DNA of 64,000 nucleotides from Gemmatimonadales bacterium. Lineage in GTDB: Bacteria > Gemmatimonadota > Gemmatimonadetes > Gemmatimonadales > GWC2-71-9. The notes beneath the pieces were generated by a model. The model was not told the DNA's origin. It was given only the letters and a program-made list of their open reading frames with translations, and did no database searches. Location of the stretch: positions 1,335 to 65,334 of the forward strand of contig DASSGV010000086.1 of the NCBI GenBank assembly GCA_035693225.1. The letters are read 5' to 3'. Positions 37,998 to 50,486 of the stretch are shown one piece after another. Within the stretch, counting starts at the first letter, position 1, and the number at the start of each line of letters is the position of its first letter. The translations under genes were made by a program, and so were the position numbers.

Positions 37998-38702
37998 GTG
38001 ATCCAGTTCACCAGCGTCTTCAAGGCGTACCCCAAGGGCCACTTCGGCCTCCGCGACGTCTCGCTCCGGGTCCACAAGGGCGAGTTCGTCTTCCTCACCG
38101 GCCACTCCGGCGCCGGCAAGTCCACCATCCTCAAGCTGATGTTCGCCGAGCAGCGCCCCTCCGAAGGGGAGGTGCGGGTCTCGGGCTTCAACATCGGCGT
38201 CCTCTCCCGGGGTGATGTCCCCAAGCTGCGCCGGCGCCTGGGGGTCGTCTTCCAGGACTTCCGGCTCCTGGAGGACCGCACCGCGCACGAGAACGTCGCC
38301 TTTGCCCTCGAGGTGACGGGGGCCAAGCGCGACAGCATCCCGGGTCGGGTGATGCGGGTGCTCACCCAGGTGGGGCTGGCGGCCAAGGGGCAGGCGTACC
38401 CGCGCGAGCTCTCGGGCGGGGAGCAGCAGCGGGTGGCCATCGCACGCGCGCTGGTGAATGACCCCGCCATCCTCCTGGCCGATGAACCCACCGGCAATCT
38501 CGACGAGCGGGCCACCCGGGGCGTCTTCCAGCTGCTGCGCGACATCAACGCGGGCGGCACCTGTGTCGTGATGGCCACCCACGACCTCGACCTCGTCAAG
38601 TCGGCGCCCTACCGCACCATCGAGATGCGGGAGGGGATGGTGGTGTACGACAGCGGCGACCAGCCGGCTCCCGTCGACGGGGACCAGGAGGACGGCCGGT
38701 GA
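37998..38702 (+). CDS. ftsE: cell-division ABC ATPase FtsE
   Basis: GHSGAGKST, LSGGEQQR, LLADEPTGNLD. Followed by ftsX with overlapping stop/start. Confidence 0.93.
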   Translation: MIQFTSVFKAYPKGHFGLRDVSLRVHKGEFVFLTGHSGAGKSTILKLMFAEQRPSEGEVRVSGFNIGVLSRGDVPKLRRRLGVVFQDFRLLEDRTAHENVAFALEVTGAKRDSIPGRVMRVLTQVGLAAKGQAYPRELSGGEQQRVAIARALVNDPAILLADEPTGNLDERATRGVFQLLRDINAGGTCVVMATHDLDLVKSAPYRTIEMREGMVVYDSGDQPAPVDGDQEDGR

Positions 38703-39565
38703 GGCTCTTCATCCGCGAGGCGTTCCTGTCGTTCCGCCGGACGCCGCTCCTCTCGATATTGTCGATCACCACGATCGCGTTCAGCCTCTTCGTGGTGGGG
38801 CTCTTCGGGCTGGTGGCCGTCAACCTCCGCCAGGCGCTCAAGGGCGTCGAAGAGCGGGTCGAGATCGTGGCGTACGTCCTCCGCGGGACGCCGGCCGAGG
38901 TGATCGCGCAGGCCTCGACCGACATCGCCGCGTTCCCGGAGGTGAAGGAGGTCACCTACGTGAGCGAGGACGTGGCGCTGGCCCGGGCCCGGCGCGAGCT
39001 CACCGAATTCCGCGACGCCTATCGTGACCTCCAGGTCAACCCCCTCCCCGCCTCGCTCGAGATCACCCTCAAGGACGGATCGCGTGACGAGGCGACGGTC
39101 TCGCGGGTCGCGGAGCGGATCAAGGGATACCAGTTCGTGGATGACGTGCGCTTCGGGCGCGACTGGATCGCCAAGCTCGACCGCATCCGTGACATCGCGG
39201 GGCTGGTCGGGTTCGTGATCGGGCTCGCGTTCGCAGTGGTCGCCGTCGTCATCATCGGGACCACCATCCGGATGGCGGTGCTGCAACGGGGGCGGGAGAT
39301 CGGCATCATGCGCCTGGTGGGCGCCTCCAACTGGTTCGTCCGCGGCCCGTTCCTCCTGGAAGGCGCGCTCAAGGGGCTCCTGGGCGGGCTGCTCGCGGTG
39401 GGGCTCTGCTGGCTCGCCTTTTCCGCCGTCCAGGAGACCTCGGGGCTCTTCAGCGGGCTCGTCTTCTTCCAGCCCGAGTACCTCGGCGCCATCGTGCTCT
39501 TCGGTGCCGCGATCGGACTGGGAGGGAGCCTCGTCAGCGTGGGCCGGCATCTCAAGGATGTGTAA
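38699..39565 (+). CDS. ftsX: cell-division permease FtsX
   Basis: One TM, a periplasmic domain and three TM segments, with the RREIGIMRLVGAS motif. Confidence 0.92.
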   Translation: MRLFIREAFLSFRRTPLLSILSITTIAFSLFVVGLFGLVAVNLRQALKGVEERVEIVAYVLRGTPAEVIAQASTDIAAFPEVKEVTYVSEDVALARARRELTEFRDAYRDLQVNPLPASLEITLKDGSRDEATVSRVAERIKGYQFVDDVRFGRDWIAKLDRIRDIAGLVGFVIGLAFAVVAVVIIGTTIRMAVLQRGREIGIMRLVGASNWFVRGPFLLEGALKGLLGGLLAVGLCWLAFSAVQETSGLFSGLVFFQPEYLGAIVLFGAAIGLGGSLVSVGRHLKDV

Positions 39566-39593
39566 CCGCAGGGGCGCAGGGACGCAGGGGCGG

Positions 39594-40859
39594 ATGGGCG
39601 CACGGGCGGACGGGCGCACCAGCGGACGGGCGCGGGGGCGCAGGGGGCTCGGCTTGCTGGTCGGGTTCATCCTGGCGACCGCCTCCGTCGCTGCGCCGCT
39701 CTGCCTCTCCGCCCAGGGCACCATCCAGCAACGGATGCAGGACTCCCAGAAACGCCTCCAGCAGATCCGGGCGGAGCGGGAGCGCCTCCAGCAGCAGCGT
39801 TCCGCGCTCCAGGGTCAGGCGCACGACGTCGAGTCGGAACTCGTCAACATCACCCGCCAGCGGGACGCCACCAACCGCATCGTCAACGAACTCGACCGCC
39901 AGATCGGCGGCCTCAACCAGGAACTTGACCAGGTGAGCGGGAGCCTGGCACTGGCGCAGGACAACCTGGCCGACAAGCGCGCCGTGCTCTACCGGCGCCT
40001 GGTGGACATCTACAAACGCGGACCACTCTACGACTTCCAGGCACTCCTCGCCGCGGAATCCTTCGGCGACCTGGTGAGCCGGTTCAAGTACCTGTACCTG
40101 GGCAGTCGGCAGGATCGGCAGCTGGTGTCCGACGTCGAAGGGCTGCGTGACCGCGTCAATCGCCAGCGCGACGACCTGCTCAACTACCGCGCCAGCCTGA
40201 CCCGCTCACGGGAGGAACGGGACCAGGAGCTCCAGCACTACGGCGACCTGGCCGATGACCAGCGCTCCCGGCTCCGGGACGTACGACGCGACACCCGCAG
40301 CACCGAGACCCGGCTCACGGCGCTCCAGCAGGACGAGGAGGCGCTCAACACCCTCATCGCCACGCTGGAACGCGCCCGGCGCGAGGCCGCGGCCCGCGCC
40401 GCCGCCGCCCGGGCCTCCGGCCGCCGGGTGGCCCCCCCTGCGTCATCGATCACCACCGCCAGCATCGGGAAGCTGGGCTGGCCGATGGACGGCACGGTCC
40501 TCTACGGCTTCGGCACCGACGCCCTCAATTCCGGCGCGGTCATCAAGCACAACGGCATCGCGATCGCCGCGCCACCCGGCACCCCGGTCAAGGCGGTCGA
40601 GGCCGGCACGGTCGAGCTGGTCCAGCCGCTGGGCACCTACGGTCTCTCGGTCGTGCTGAGCCACGGTGGCGGCTACTATTCGATCTACTCCCAGCTCTCG
40701 ACGTCCTCGGTCACCAAGGGACAGACGGTCGTCCGGGGCCAGATGATCGGCACCTCCGGCGGCGCCAACACCGACGAGGGCCCCCACCTCTACTTCGAGA
40801 TCCGCGGCGAGAACGGTGTCGCACTCGACCCGACCGAATGGCTCCAGCGAAGAAAGTGA
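39594..40859 (+). CDS. M23/LytM-domain murein hydrolase activator (EnvC-like)
   Basis: Coiled-coil N-half, then an M23 domain (GWPMDG, HNGIAIAAPPGTPVKAVEAGTV, GLSVVLSHGGGYYSIYSQL, PHLYFEIR). The start is ambiguous (ATG 39558, ATG 39594 or later) because the 5' end runs through a G-rich word array. Confidence 0.85.
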   Translation: MGARADGRTSGRARGRRGLGLLVGFILATASVAAPLCLSAQGTIQQRMQDSQKRLQQIRAERERLQQQRSALQGQAHDVESELVNITRQRDATNRIVNELDRQIGGLNQELDQVSGSLALAQDNLADKRAVLYRRLVDIYKRGPLYDFQALLAAESFGDLVSRFKYLYLGSRQDRQLVSDVEGLRDRVNRQRDDLLNYRASLTRSREERDQELQHYGDLADDQRSRLRDVRRDTRSTETRLTALQQDEEALNTLIATLERARREAAARAAAARASGRRVAPPASSITTASIGKLGWPMDGTVLYGFGTDALNSGAVIKHNGIAIAAPPGTPVKAVEAGTVELVQPLGTYGLSVVLSHGGGYYSIYSQLSTSSVTKGQTVVRGQMIGTSGGANTDEGPHLYFEIRGENGVALDPTEWLQRRK

Positions 40860-41716
40860 CCACGGGCGAACTCCTCGGCGCCCACGTATCCACCGCCGGC
40901 GGGCCCCAGACGGCGCCGCCGCGTGGCGTCGACATCGGCGCCACCGCCATCCAGCTCTTCACCAAGACCCCGAACCAGTGGCGGGAACCGGTCCTCTCCG
41001 ACGAGACGATCGCCGCTTGGCGGAAGGCGTGGACGGAGAGCGGGCTCGGTGTGGCGGTGTCCCACGACAGCTACCTGATCAACCTCGCGTCCCCCGACGC
41101 GGCGCTGCGCAAGCGATCGATCGCCTCCTTCACCGCGGAACTCACCCGCTGCACCCAGCTCGGCATCCCGTACGTGGTGTCCCACCCCGGCAACTTCATG
41201 GACGACCGAGACCAGGGGCTCACCCGGAACGCCGCGGCGTACGCCGAGTGCCTCGAGTCGGTGCCAGGACCGGTGATGGTGCTGATGGAGACCACCGCCG
41301 GCACCGGCACCGCCCTCGGCAGCACCTTCGAGGAACTGGCGGAGCTCCGGGCCCGGATGCCCAAGGCGGTCCAGGCGCGGGTCGGGTACTGTGCCGATAC
41401 CTGTCACATCTACGCCGCGGGATACGACCTCGTCGGCGACTACGACGGCGTCTGGGAACGCTTCGACCGGAGCTGCGGGCTCGAACGGCTCCGCTGCCTC
41501 CACCTGAACGACTCCAAGACGCCGTTCAACTCCCATCGTGACCGGCACGGACTGATCGCGGAGGGATCGCTGGGGGCCGAACCCTTCCGCCGCATCATGA
41601 ACGACCCGCGGATGACCGGCGTGGCCAAGATCCTGGAGACCCCGAAGAGCGAGGATATGGTGACCAACGACCGGAAGATGCTGGCAAGACTGCGGGGGTA
41701 CGTCGGGAAGAAGTGA
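40838..41716 (+). CDS. nfo: endonuclease IV (AP endonuclease family 2)
   Basis: LGAHVS..GG, HDSYLINLAS, VSHPG, ETTAG and CADTCH motifs. It overlaps the preceding gene by 22 nt. Confidence 0.92.
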   Translation: MAPAKKVTTGELLGAHVSTAGGPQTAPPRGVDIGATAIQLFTKTPNQWREPVLSDETIAAWRKAWTESGLGVAVSHDSYLINLASPDAALRKRSIASFTAELTRCTQLGIPYVVSHPGNFMDDRDQGLTRNAAAYAECLESVPGPVMVLMETTAGTGTALGSTFEELAELRARMPKAVQARVGYCADTCHIYAAGYDLVGDYDGVWERFDRSCGLERLRCLHLNDSKTPFNSHRDRHGLIAEGSLGAEPFRRIMNDPRMTGVAKILETPKSEDMVTNDRKMLARLRGYVGKK

Positions 41717-41935
41717 GAAGTAAGAAGTAAGAAGTGAGAAGGAAGAAGTGAGAGGGGAGAGGTAAGAAGTGAGAAGTGAGAAGGGATAGTGAAGGGTGAA
41801 AAGTGAAGAGTGAAGGGTAGTGACGAGTGAAGAGCGAAGAGTAAGAAGCGAGGAGCCCAGGTTTTCGCCGCCCGCTTGTCCCTTCTTACTTCTCACTCTT
41901 AACTCGTCACTTCTCCCCCCCTCCCCCTTCCCCGA
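41714..41935. repeat. purine word array (GTGAGAAG/GTAAGAAG/GTGAAGAG) ending in a hairpin with its pyrimidine complement
   Basis: gtgacgagtgaagagcgaagagtaagaag (left) versus cttcttacttctcactcttaactcgtcac (right) shows 4 mismatches in 29 by hand. The loop is about 30 nt. The nfo stop TGA is the first word. Confidence 0.8.
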
Positions 41936-41979
41936 ACATCCCCCGGCACCACCCCACCGCCGCTATCTTTCTCCCTCTC

Positions 41980-42597
41980 ATGCGAACCGCATCCACCCCC
42001 GCCCTCCGGCGCCTCACGATTCGAACGGCGGTGGCACTTGCCTTCGTTCCCGGAGCCCTCACGGCGCAGGTCCAGTGGACGGCCCGGCTCGGTGCCGTCG
42101 GATCCACCAAGATCGTCAGCGACGCGATCGTCTCCCCGCTCACGGTGACGCCGGCGGTGGCGCCGACGCTCCTCCTCGGCGGCTCGATCCCGATGGATAA
42201 CAAGGGACGACGCTTCAGCGTTGAACTTGGGGTGGCCAGCGGGTCATACAACTCGAAGGAGAACGGGACCACCACGCCGCTGGGCACCTTGCGCACCGCG
42301 ACCCTGACCGCCGGCGCCGAGGGGTTGATGATGCCGCAGCTGCGCTGGCGGGTGGCGCTTGGGTTCATCAAGTACCTGCCGGCGGAGAAGACCGGGATCT
42401 TCCAGGACGGTGCACCCACCCGGCTCGATATCGGGGCGGGGCTCGACTACCGCCACCCCTGGCGGCCGGGGTGGGAGCTGAGCGCCGCACTGCGGTGGGA
42501 CTACCATCGATTCACCACCGCCCACCTGCAGTCGCAGGGATACACCGGGAGTGAGGACGTGCATCGGATCACGCTGGCCATCGGGGTAGTGCATTGA
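41980..42597 (+). CDS. putative outer-membrane beta-barrel protein
   Basis: Signal peptide ...AVALAFVPGALTAQ and an alternating amphipathic beta-strand pattern. No family-specific motif recognised. Confidence 0.6.
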   Translation: MRTASTPALRRLTIRTAVALAFVPGALTAQVQWTARLGAVGSTKIVSDAIVSPLTVTPAVAPTLLLGGSIPMDNKGRRFSVELGVASGSYNSKENGTTTPLGTLRTATLTAGAEGLMMPQLRWRVALGFIKYLPAEKTGIFQDGAPTRLDIGAGLDYRHPWRPGWELSAALRWDYHRFTTAHLQSQGYTGSEDVHRITLAIGVVH

Positions 42598-43310
42598 AGC
42601 GGCGCATCGTGTTCGGCCTCCTGGCCGCCAGCGTCGTGGCGCTCGCCTGCAACGAGCTGTCGGGCCCGATCCGGCCGACCGGGTACGGGTTCACGCTGGT
42701 GGCGCGGGATTCGGTCACTGCGGACACCACCGTGGCCGGCAAGCTCTACCACCAGGACTCGATCTACACCGACACCATCTGGTTCCACTGGCCGGAGTCG
42801 CGACTGCCGGTGCGGATCTGGGCCGACACCGGCGGCGGGCTCGGCCTCCCCGGTCACGTGCGGGACGGCATCGCCCTCTGGGAGCAGGTGCTGCAGTACG
42901 GCGAGTATGACGCCACCCTCGTGGGCGACTCCACCCACGCGGACGTGCTGGTCTATGCAGGCGTGCCCTCGGACACGGCCGGCATCTTCGCGGTCCGAAT
43001 GGGCTCGATGGCGCCCCAGTGCAGCGGGGCCACCGACATCCGGGTGAGCAGCCCCGACCACAAGAAGCTGCTCCTGCCTATCCGGGTCTACATCGAGAAC
43101 AAGTATCCCCTCGGTGAGGACAGCACGACCTGGTGCCTGGGGCTCACCGTGGCGCACGAACTGGGGCACAGCCTGGGGCTTTTCCAGCACAGCGACTCGA
43201 CCGATGACCTGATGTCATCCAACCCGCTGGTCCCCGCGCCGACGGCGCGGGATGTGTCGACGGTGCTCTTCCTCTATCACTTCCGCCCCGACCTCGTTCC
43301 GGTGCCCTGA
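42594..43310 (+). CDS. matrixin-like zinc metalloprotease lipoprotein
   Basis: Signal/lipobox [11 protein letters not shown] and zinc motif [12 protein letters not shown] (HExxHxxGxxH). The TTG start overlaps the upstream stop (TTGA). Confidence 0.75.
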   Translation: MKRRIVFGLLAASVVALACNELSGPIRPTGYGFTLVARDSVTADTTVAGKLYHQDSIYTDTIWFHWPESRLPVRIWADTGGGLGLPGHVRDGIALWEQVLQYGEYDATLVGDSTHADVLVYAGVPSDTAGIFAVRMGSMAPQCSGATDIRVSSPDHKKLLLPIRVYIENKYPLGEDSTTWCLGLTVAHELGHSLGLFQHSDSTDDLMSSNPLVPAPTARDVSTVLFLYHFRPDLVPVP

Positions 43311-43312
43311 CC

Positions 43313-45586
<2,274 letters not shown>

Positions 45587-45628
45587 ATCCACCGGCGGGG
45601 CCGGGGATCACTGACCGAGGGTTCCTGA

Positions 45629-47220
<1,592 letters not shown>

Positions 47221-47227
<7 letters not shown>

Positions 47228-47390
47228 ACGGTCGCGTAACTGATCGCGTGAAAGAACGCGTAACTGATCGCGTGGACGGCCGCGTGAGAGTCGTGTAACT
47301 GATCGCGTAAGAGAACGCGTAACAGAACGCGTGAAAAGCCGCGTGACTGATCGGGTGAAGAGCCGCGTGACTGATCGCGTGGACGGCTGC
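47221..47390. repeat. left arm of inverted repeat (CGCGTAAC/TGATCGCG/TGA.. words)
   Basis: Sequence cgcgtgaacggtcgcgtaactgatcgcgtgaaagaacgcgtaactgatcgcgtggacgg... The pckA stop lies in the first word. Confidence 0.85.
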
Positions 47391-47456
47391 GCGGAAATGA
47401 TCGGTATCGGGTGATTTTGGTTGCCGGTGGGTGGGGGTGACCCGATAACTTGGGGG

Positions 47457-47807
47457 ATGGACCCCTACGAGCGCTTCGACGCGTGGACGCGATCGCACGA
47501 ACTGGCCGTTGCGGTGCACCGCGCTACCCGGAACTGGCCGCCGGACGAACGCTTCGGGCTCGTTGCCCAGGTGCGCCGAGCGGCCTTTTCAGTCCCGGCC
47601 AATATCGTCGAGGGACGTGCCAGAAGGGGGCCCAAGGAATTCCGCCGGTTTCTCGACATCGCGTGGGCGTCGCTCGCCGAAGTCGGTTACACTCTGCGAT
47701 ACGCACACGATGTGGGTTACTTGACGCCTGAAGCACACGCCGAGCTCGAGCACGCACGGGCAAAGGCCGGCCGATCGCTCTACGCCCTGCTTCGCAATAT
47801 GAGTTGA
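47457..47807 (+). CDS. four-helix-bundle protein (PF05635 / TIGR02436, Avd / 23S rRNA IVS protein family)
   Basis: MDPYERFDAWTRSHELAVAVHRATRNWPPDERFGLVAQVRRAAFSVPANIVEGRARRGPKEFRRFLDIAWASLAEVGYTLRYAHDVGYL is a close match to the family consensus. Confidence 0.9.
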   Translation: MDPYERFDAWTRSHELAVAVHRATRNWPPDERFGLVAQVRRAAFSVPANIVEGRARRGPKEFRRFLDIAWASLAEVGYTLRYAHDVGYLTPEAHAELEHARAKAGRSLYALLRNMS

Positions 47808-47813
47808 GCTTTG

Positions 47814-47928
47814 CGCGGTCAGTTACGCGATCACTCACGCGATCATTCACGCGGTCAGTTACGCGATTATGTACGCGGTCAGTTACGCGATCACCCACGC
47901 GATCAGTTACGCGCCATTTCACCCGATC
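47814..47928. repeat. right arm of inverted repeat (CGCGATCAGTTACGCG words)
   Basis: Sequence gcgcggtcagttacgcgatcactcacgcgatcattcacgcggtcagttacgcg..., the reverse complement of the left-arm words. It ends within ~10 nt of the HD-gene ATG. Confidence 0.85.
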
Positions 47929-47936
47929 CGTCCCCC

Positions 47937-49223
47937 ATGCCCATTCCCCCCGACTTCGAGATCGTCCGCGACCCGGTCTGGGACAACATCCGTCTCGACC
48001 GCCCCGTCGCGACACTGGTCGACACACCCACCGTCCAGCGGCTCCGCTACGTGCGCCAGCTGGGCCACGCCTTCCTGGTCTACCCCGGCGCCACCCACTC
48101 CCGCTTCGAACACGCACTCGGCACCTACCACCTGGCCCGGAGCGCCCTGGTGGCGCTGGAAGAGCGGGGCGAACTGGACGGCGTGCCGGAGGAGGAACGG
48201 CTGGCGGTGCGGCTGGCGGCATTGCTGCACGACATTGGCCACTACCCCTTTTCCCACGCGCTCGAAGAGGCAGGCTTTCCCGACCACGAATCGCTGGGCC
48301 AGGCCAAGCTCTCCCGCGGCCCCCTGGGCGACTCGCTCCGCTCCCTCGGCGGCGACGCGCTCATCGCGCGCATCGGCGAGCTCATCCGCGGCAAGAGCGC
48401 GTCGCCGCTGGCGGGACTCATCTCCGGATCTCTTGACCTCGACAAGATCGACTACCTGAGTCGAGACGCGCGGATGTGCGGGGTGCCGTACGGGACCGTG
48501 GACGTCAACCGGCTCCTGGCGGCGCTGGCACTGGTGGAGGTAGGTGGTGGAAGACGGGAGGCGGGGGTTCACGAGAAGGGGGTGAGTGCCCTCGAATCGC
48601 TCCTCTTTGCCAAGTACCAGATGTACCGGAACGTCTACTGGCACCACGCCGTGCGCTCCGCCACCTCGATGTTCAAGCGGGCGGTGCGGAACGCCGTGGC
48701 ACGCAAGGTACTGACCCCCGCGGCAATTGCCGACGCCACCGATGCGAGCCTGGAAGAGGCCCTCCTTCGCGACGACCCGACCGGACTGGCACGGGCGGTA
48801 CACGAACGCCGACTCTACAAGCGGGCCCTCGACATCGCCGCCGCCGACCTTCCCGCCGATATCCAGCCCTGGCTCTCGGAGGACGCCGATCTTCTGGAGC
48901 GGGTCGAGGATGCGCTTGCCAGGGAGCTGGGTCTCAAACCGGGAGAGCTGCTGCTCGACTTCCCGAGCCGCCCCTCGATGCTCTCGGTCGATCTCCCCCT
49001 CCGCACCCGCACCGGCGGCACCGAGCGCCTCACCGACGAGGGGCGTGCCGGCCAGCTCGGCCTCCCCCGCGTGGCGGAAGAGCTCTACCAGAGCGCCCGG
49101 CGGCTCCGGGTGTTCACGGCAGAGCGCGTAAAGAGCGGTTTGGAGCGTGTGCTGGCGGTGGTGACGTTGCCGAGCGCGGAGATCGAGAAGCGGGTGAAGG
49201 AGGGGAAGGCGTTGCTGGCGTGA
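47937..49223 (+). CDS. HD-domain phosphohydrolase (COG1078-type, dNTP triphosphohydrolase-like)
   Basis: HSRFEHALGTYHLA and LAALLHDIGHYPFSHALE. The ORF extension from 47811 translates the repeat arm (GQLRDHSRDHSRGQLRD) and was rejected. Confidence 0.85.
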   Translation: MPIPPDFEIVRDPVWDNIRLDRPVATLVDTPTVQRLRYVRQLGHAFLVYPGATHSRFEHALGTYHLARSALVALEERGELDGVPEEERLAVRLAALLHDIGHYPFSHALEEAGFPDHESLGQAKLSRGPLGDSLRSLGGDALIARIGELIRGKSASPLAGLISGSLDLDKIDYLSRDARMCGVPYGTVDVNRLLAALALVEVGGGRREAGVHEKGVSALESLLFAKYQMYRNVYWHHAVRSATSMFKRAVRNAVARKVLTPAAIADATDASLEEALLRDDPTGLARAVHERRLYKRALDIAAADLPADIQPWLSEDADLLERVEDALARELGLKPGELLLDFPSRPSMLSVDLPLRTRTGGTERLTDEGRAGQLGLPRVAEELYQSARRLRVFTAERVKSGLERVLAVVTLPSAEIEKRVKEGKALLA

Positions 49224-49255
49224 ATGAGAAGAGGAGGCGAAGAGAGGAGGAGAAG

Positions 49256-49286
49256 AACGGGGCTCCGAGCTGATTCGGGGCCCCGT
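49256..49286 (+). terminator. terminator-type hairpin H1 (family AACGGGGCTCCG-loop-CGGGGCCCCGT)
   Basis: aacggggctccgagctgattcggggccccgt lies 33 nt after the HD-gene stop. The stem is better on plus-strand RNA (G-U pair rather than a C-A mismatch). Confidence 0.55.
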
Positions 49287-49804
49287 CGTCGCACGTCGGC
49301 CGATACCGCTGCGTCGAGCGGGGCCAGCCCGTGCACCAACAGGCCCGGCGTTTCGAGCGGCCGGTGGGGAGCGCCTCAGTGACCGCGCGCCGCCGCTGCG
49401 CCACGGTCACCACTCTTGTCCTGGCAAGTCCTTGCGAACCAGGAGGTTGGACGCCTGGTCGGGCACCACCCGCATCGGTCCTCCTCGGTGAGGGCCGGTA
49501 AGAATATCTAGGTCCAGCCGGTGGGGGTCACGTCAGAAGGTCTATGGCAACCGGCGGGATTTGGCAAACTGGGAGTGCACCAAAGCTTGCCGTTGCGTCT
49601 TGCTGTCTAACTTTGTGACGGTCGTGAATTCTCCACGTGTGCGATTTCTGATGGTTGACTCCACGCATTCCAATCAATACACTGGCATCTGTGCATGATG
49701 CTAGATGACACTATCGTGTAGAAGCCCGTATCGGCTGTCGATTCTGGCCTCGGCCGCACGAGTTCGTGGCGAGTGCGACCGGTCAAGTTTCTGAGCGAGA
49801 CGAT

Positions 49805-50407
49805 ATGCGAACATCCACTCCATTGTCGATCTCCCGACATCGTATCAGCATTGGGGCGCTGATCTTTGCGCTTGCCATGGTGTCCGATTGTTCGTCGCTA
49901 ACGGCTCCGCGGCCGTTACCGACGGTACTCGTCACAAACACGATGTGCGATGCTGCCCACTGCGGCACGCTCGAGATTCGAGCGTTTGTCTGGAAGTTCA
50001 CAGTCCCACAGCAACCTTGGGGGCTGGAGGTGCTGGGATATGTGCGGCCCGGGCAGGCATGCCTCACGTTTCCGGCATCGTGGCCTTTCAGTATCATCGG
50101 CCCTGACAGCACGGGCCGAATTGACACCACGACGATCACCTGGACCCCGAATGATACGATCCCGATCTATTTAATAGCGGTCGATTCCACGTTCTTCCAC
50201 TCGCAGCTCGACAGCGCACAGATCGACAGCGTGCAACGAGGAATTTGGCCCTTTGATGGTGTCGCTTCCGGGAGCGTTGGGGAAACGGGGAACTTTGTAC
50301 CCGGAGATGCACCTGGTTGGAGCATCACCTTCCCGAGCCCACCGGGCGCGCCAACCCTCTTCCAGGGCGGTGTTCGAATTACAGCGGACAGCGTATGCAA
50401 GCCGTGA
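49805..50407 (+). CDS. secreted hypothetical protein (200 aa)
   Basis: Signal-like RHRISIGALIFALAMVSDC. No recognisable motif. Lower-GC codon usage. The alternative start at 49766 is less likely. Confidence 0.5.
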   Translation: MRTSTPLSISRHRISIGALIFALAMVSDCSSLTAPRPLPTVLVTNTMCDAAHCGTLEIRAFVWKFTVPQQPWGLEVLGYVRPGQACLTFPASWPFSIIGPDSTGRIDTTTITWTPNDTIPIYLIAVDSTFFHSQLDSAQIDSVQRGIWPFDGVASGSVGETGNFVPGDAPGWSITFPSPPGAPTLFQGGVRITADSVCKP

Positions 50408-50486
50408 ATACCTGGCAAACGGCTTTACCGTTCCCTACTTCACGACATATCTGGCCAACCAAGAGCGGCTACTGCGGAGGTTTCGT

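Noticed and set aside
49290-49800. Decayed integrase/transposase or ncRNA at the left island edge
   Set aside because: Only short ORFs without recognisable DDE or tyrosine-recombinase motifs are present. I could not identify RNase P, SRP, tmRNA or 6S-like signatures by eye. The question is left open for a database search.
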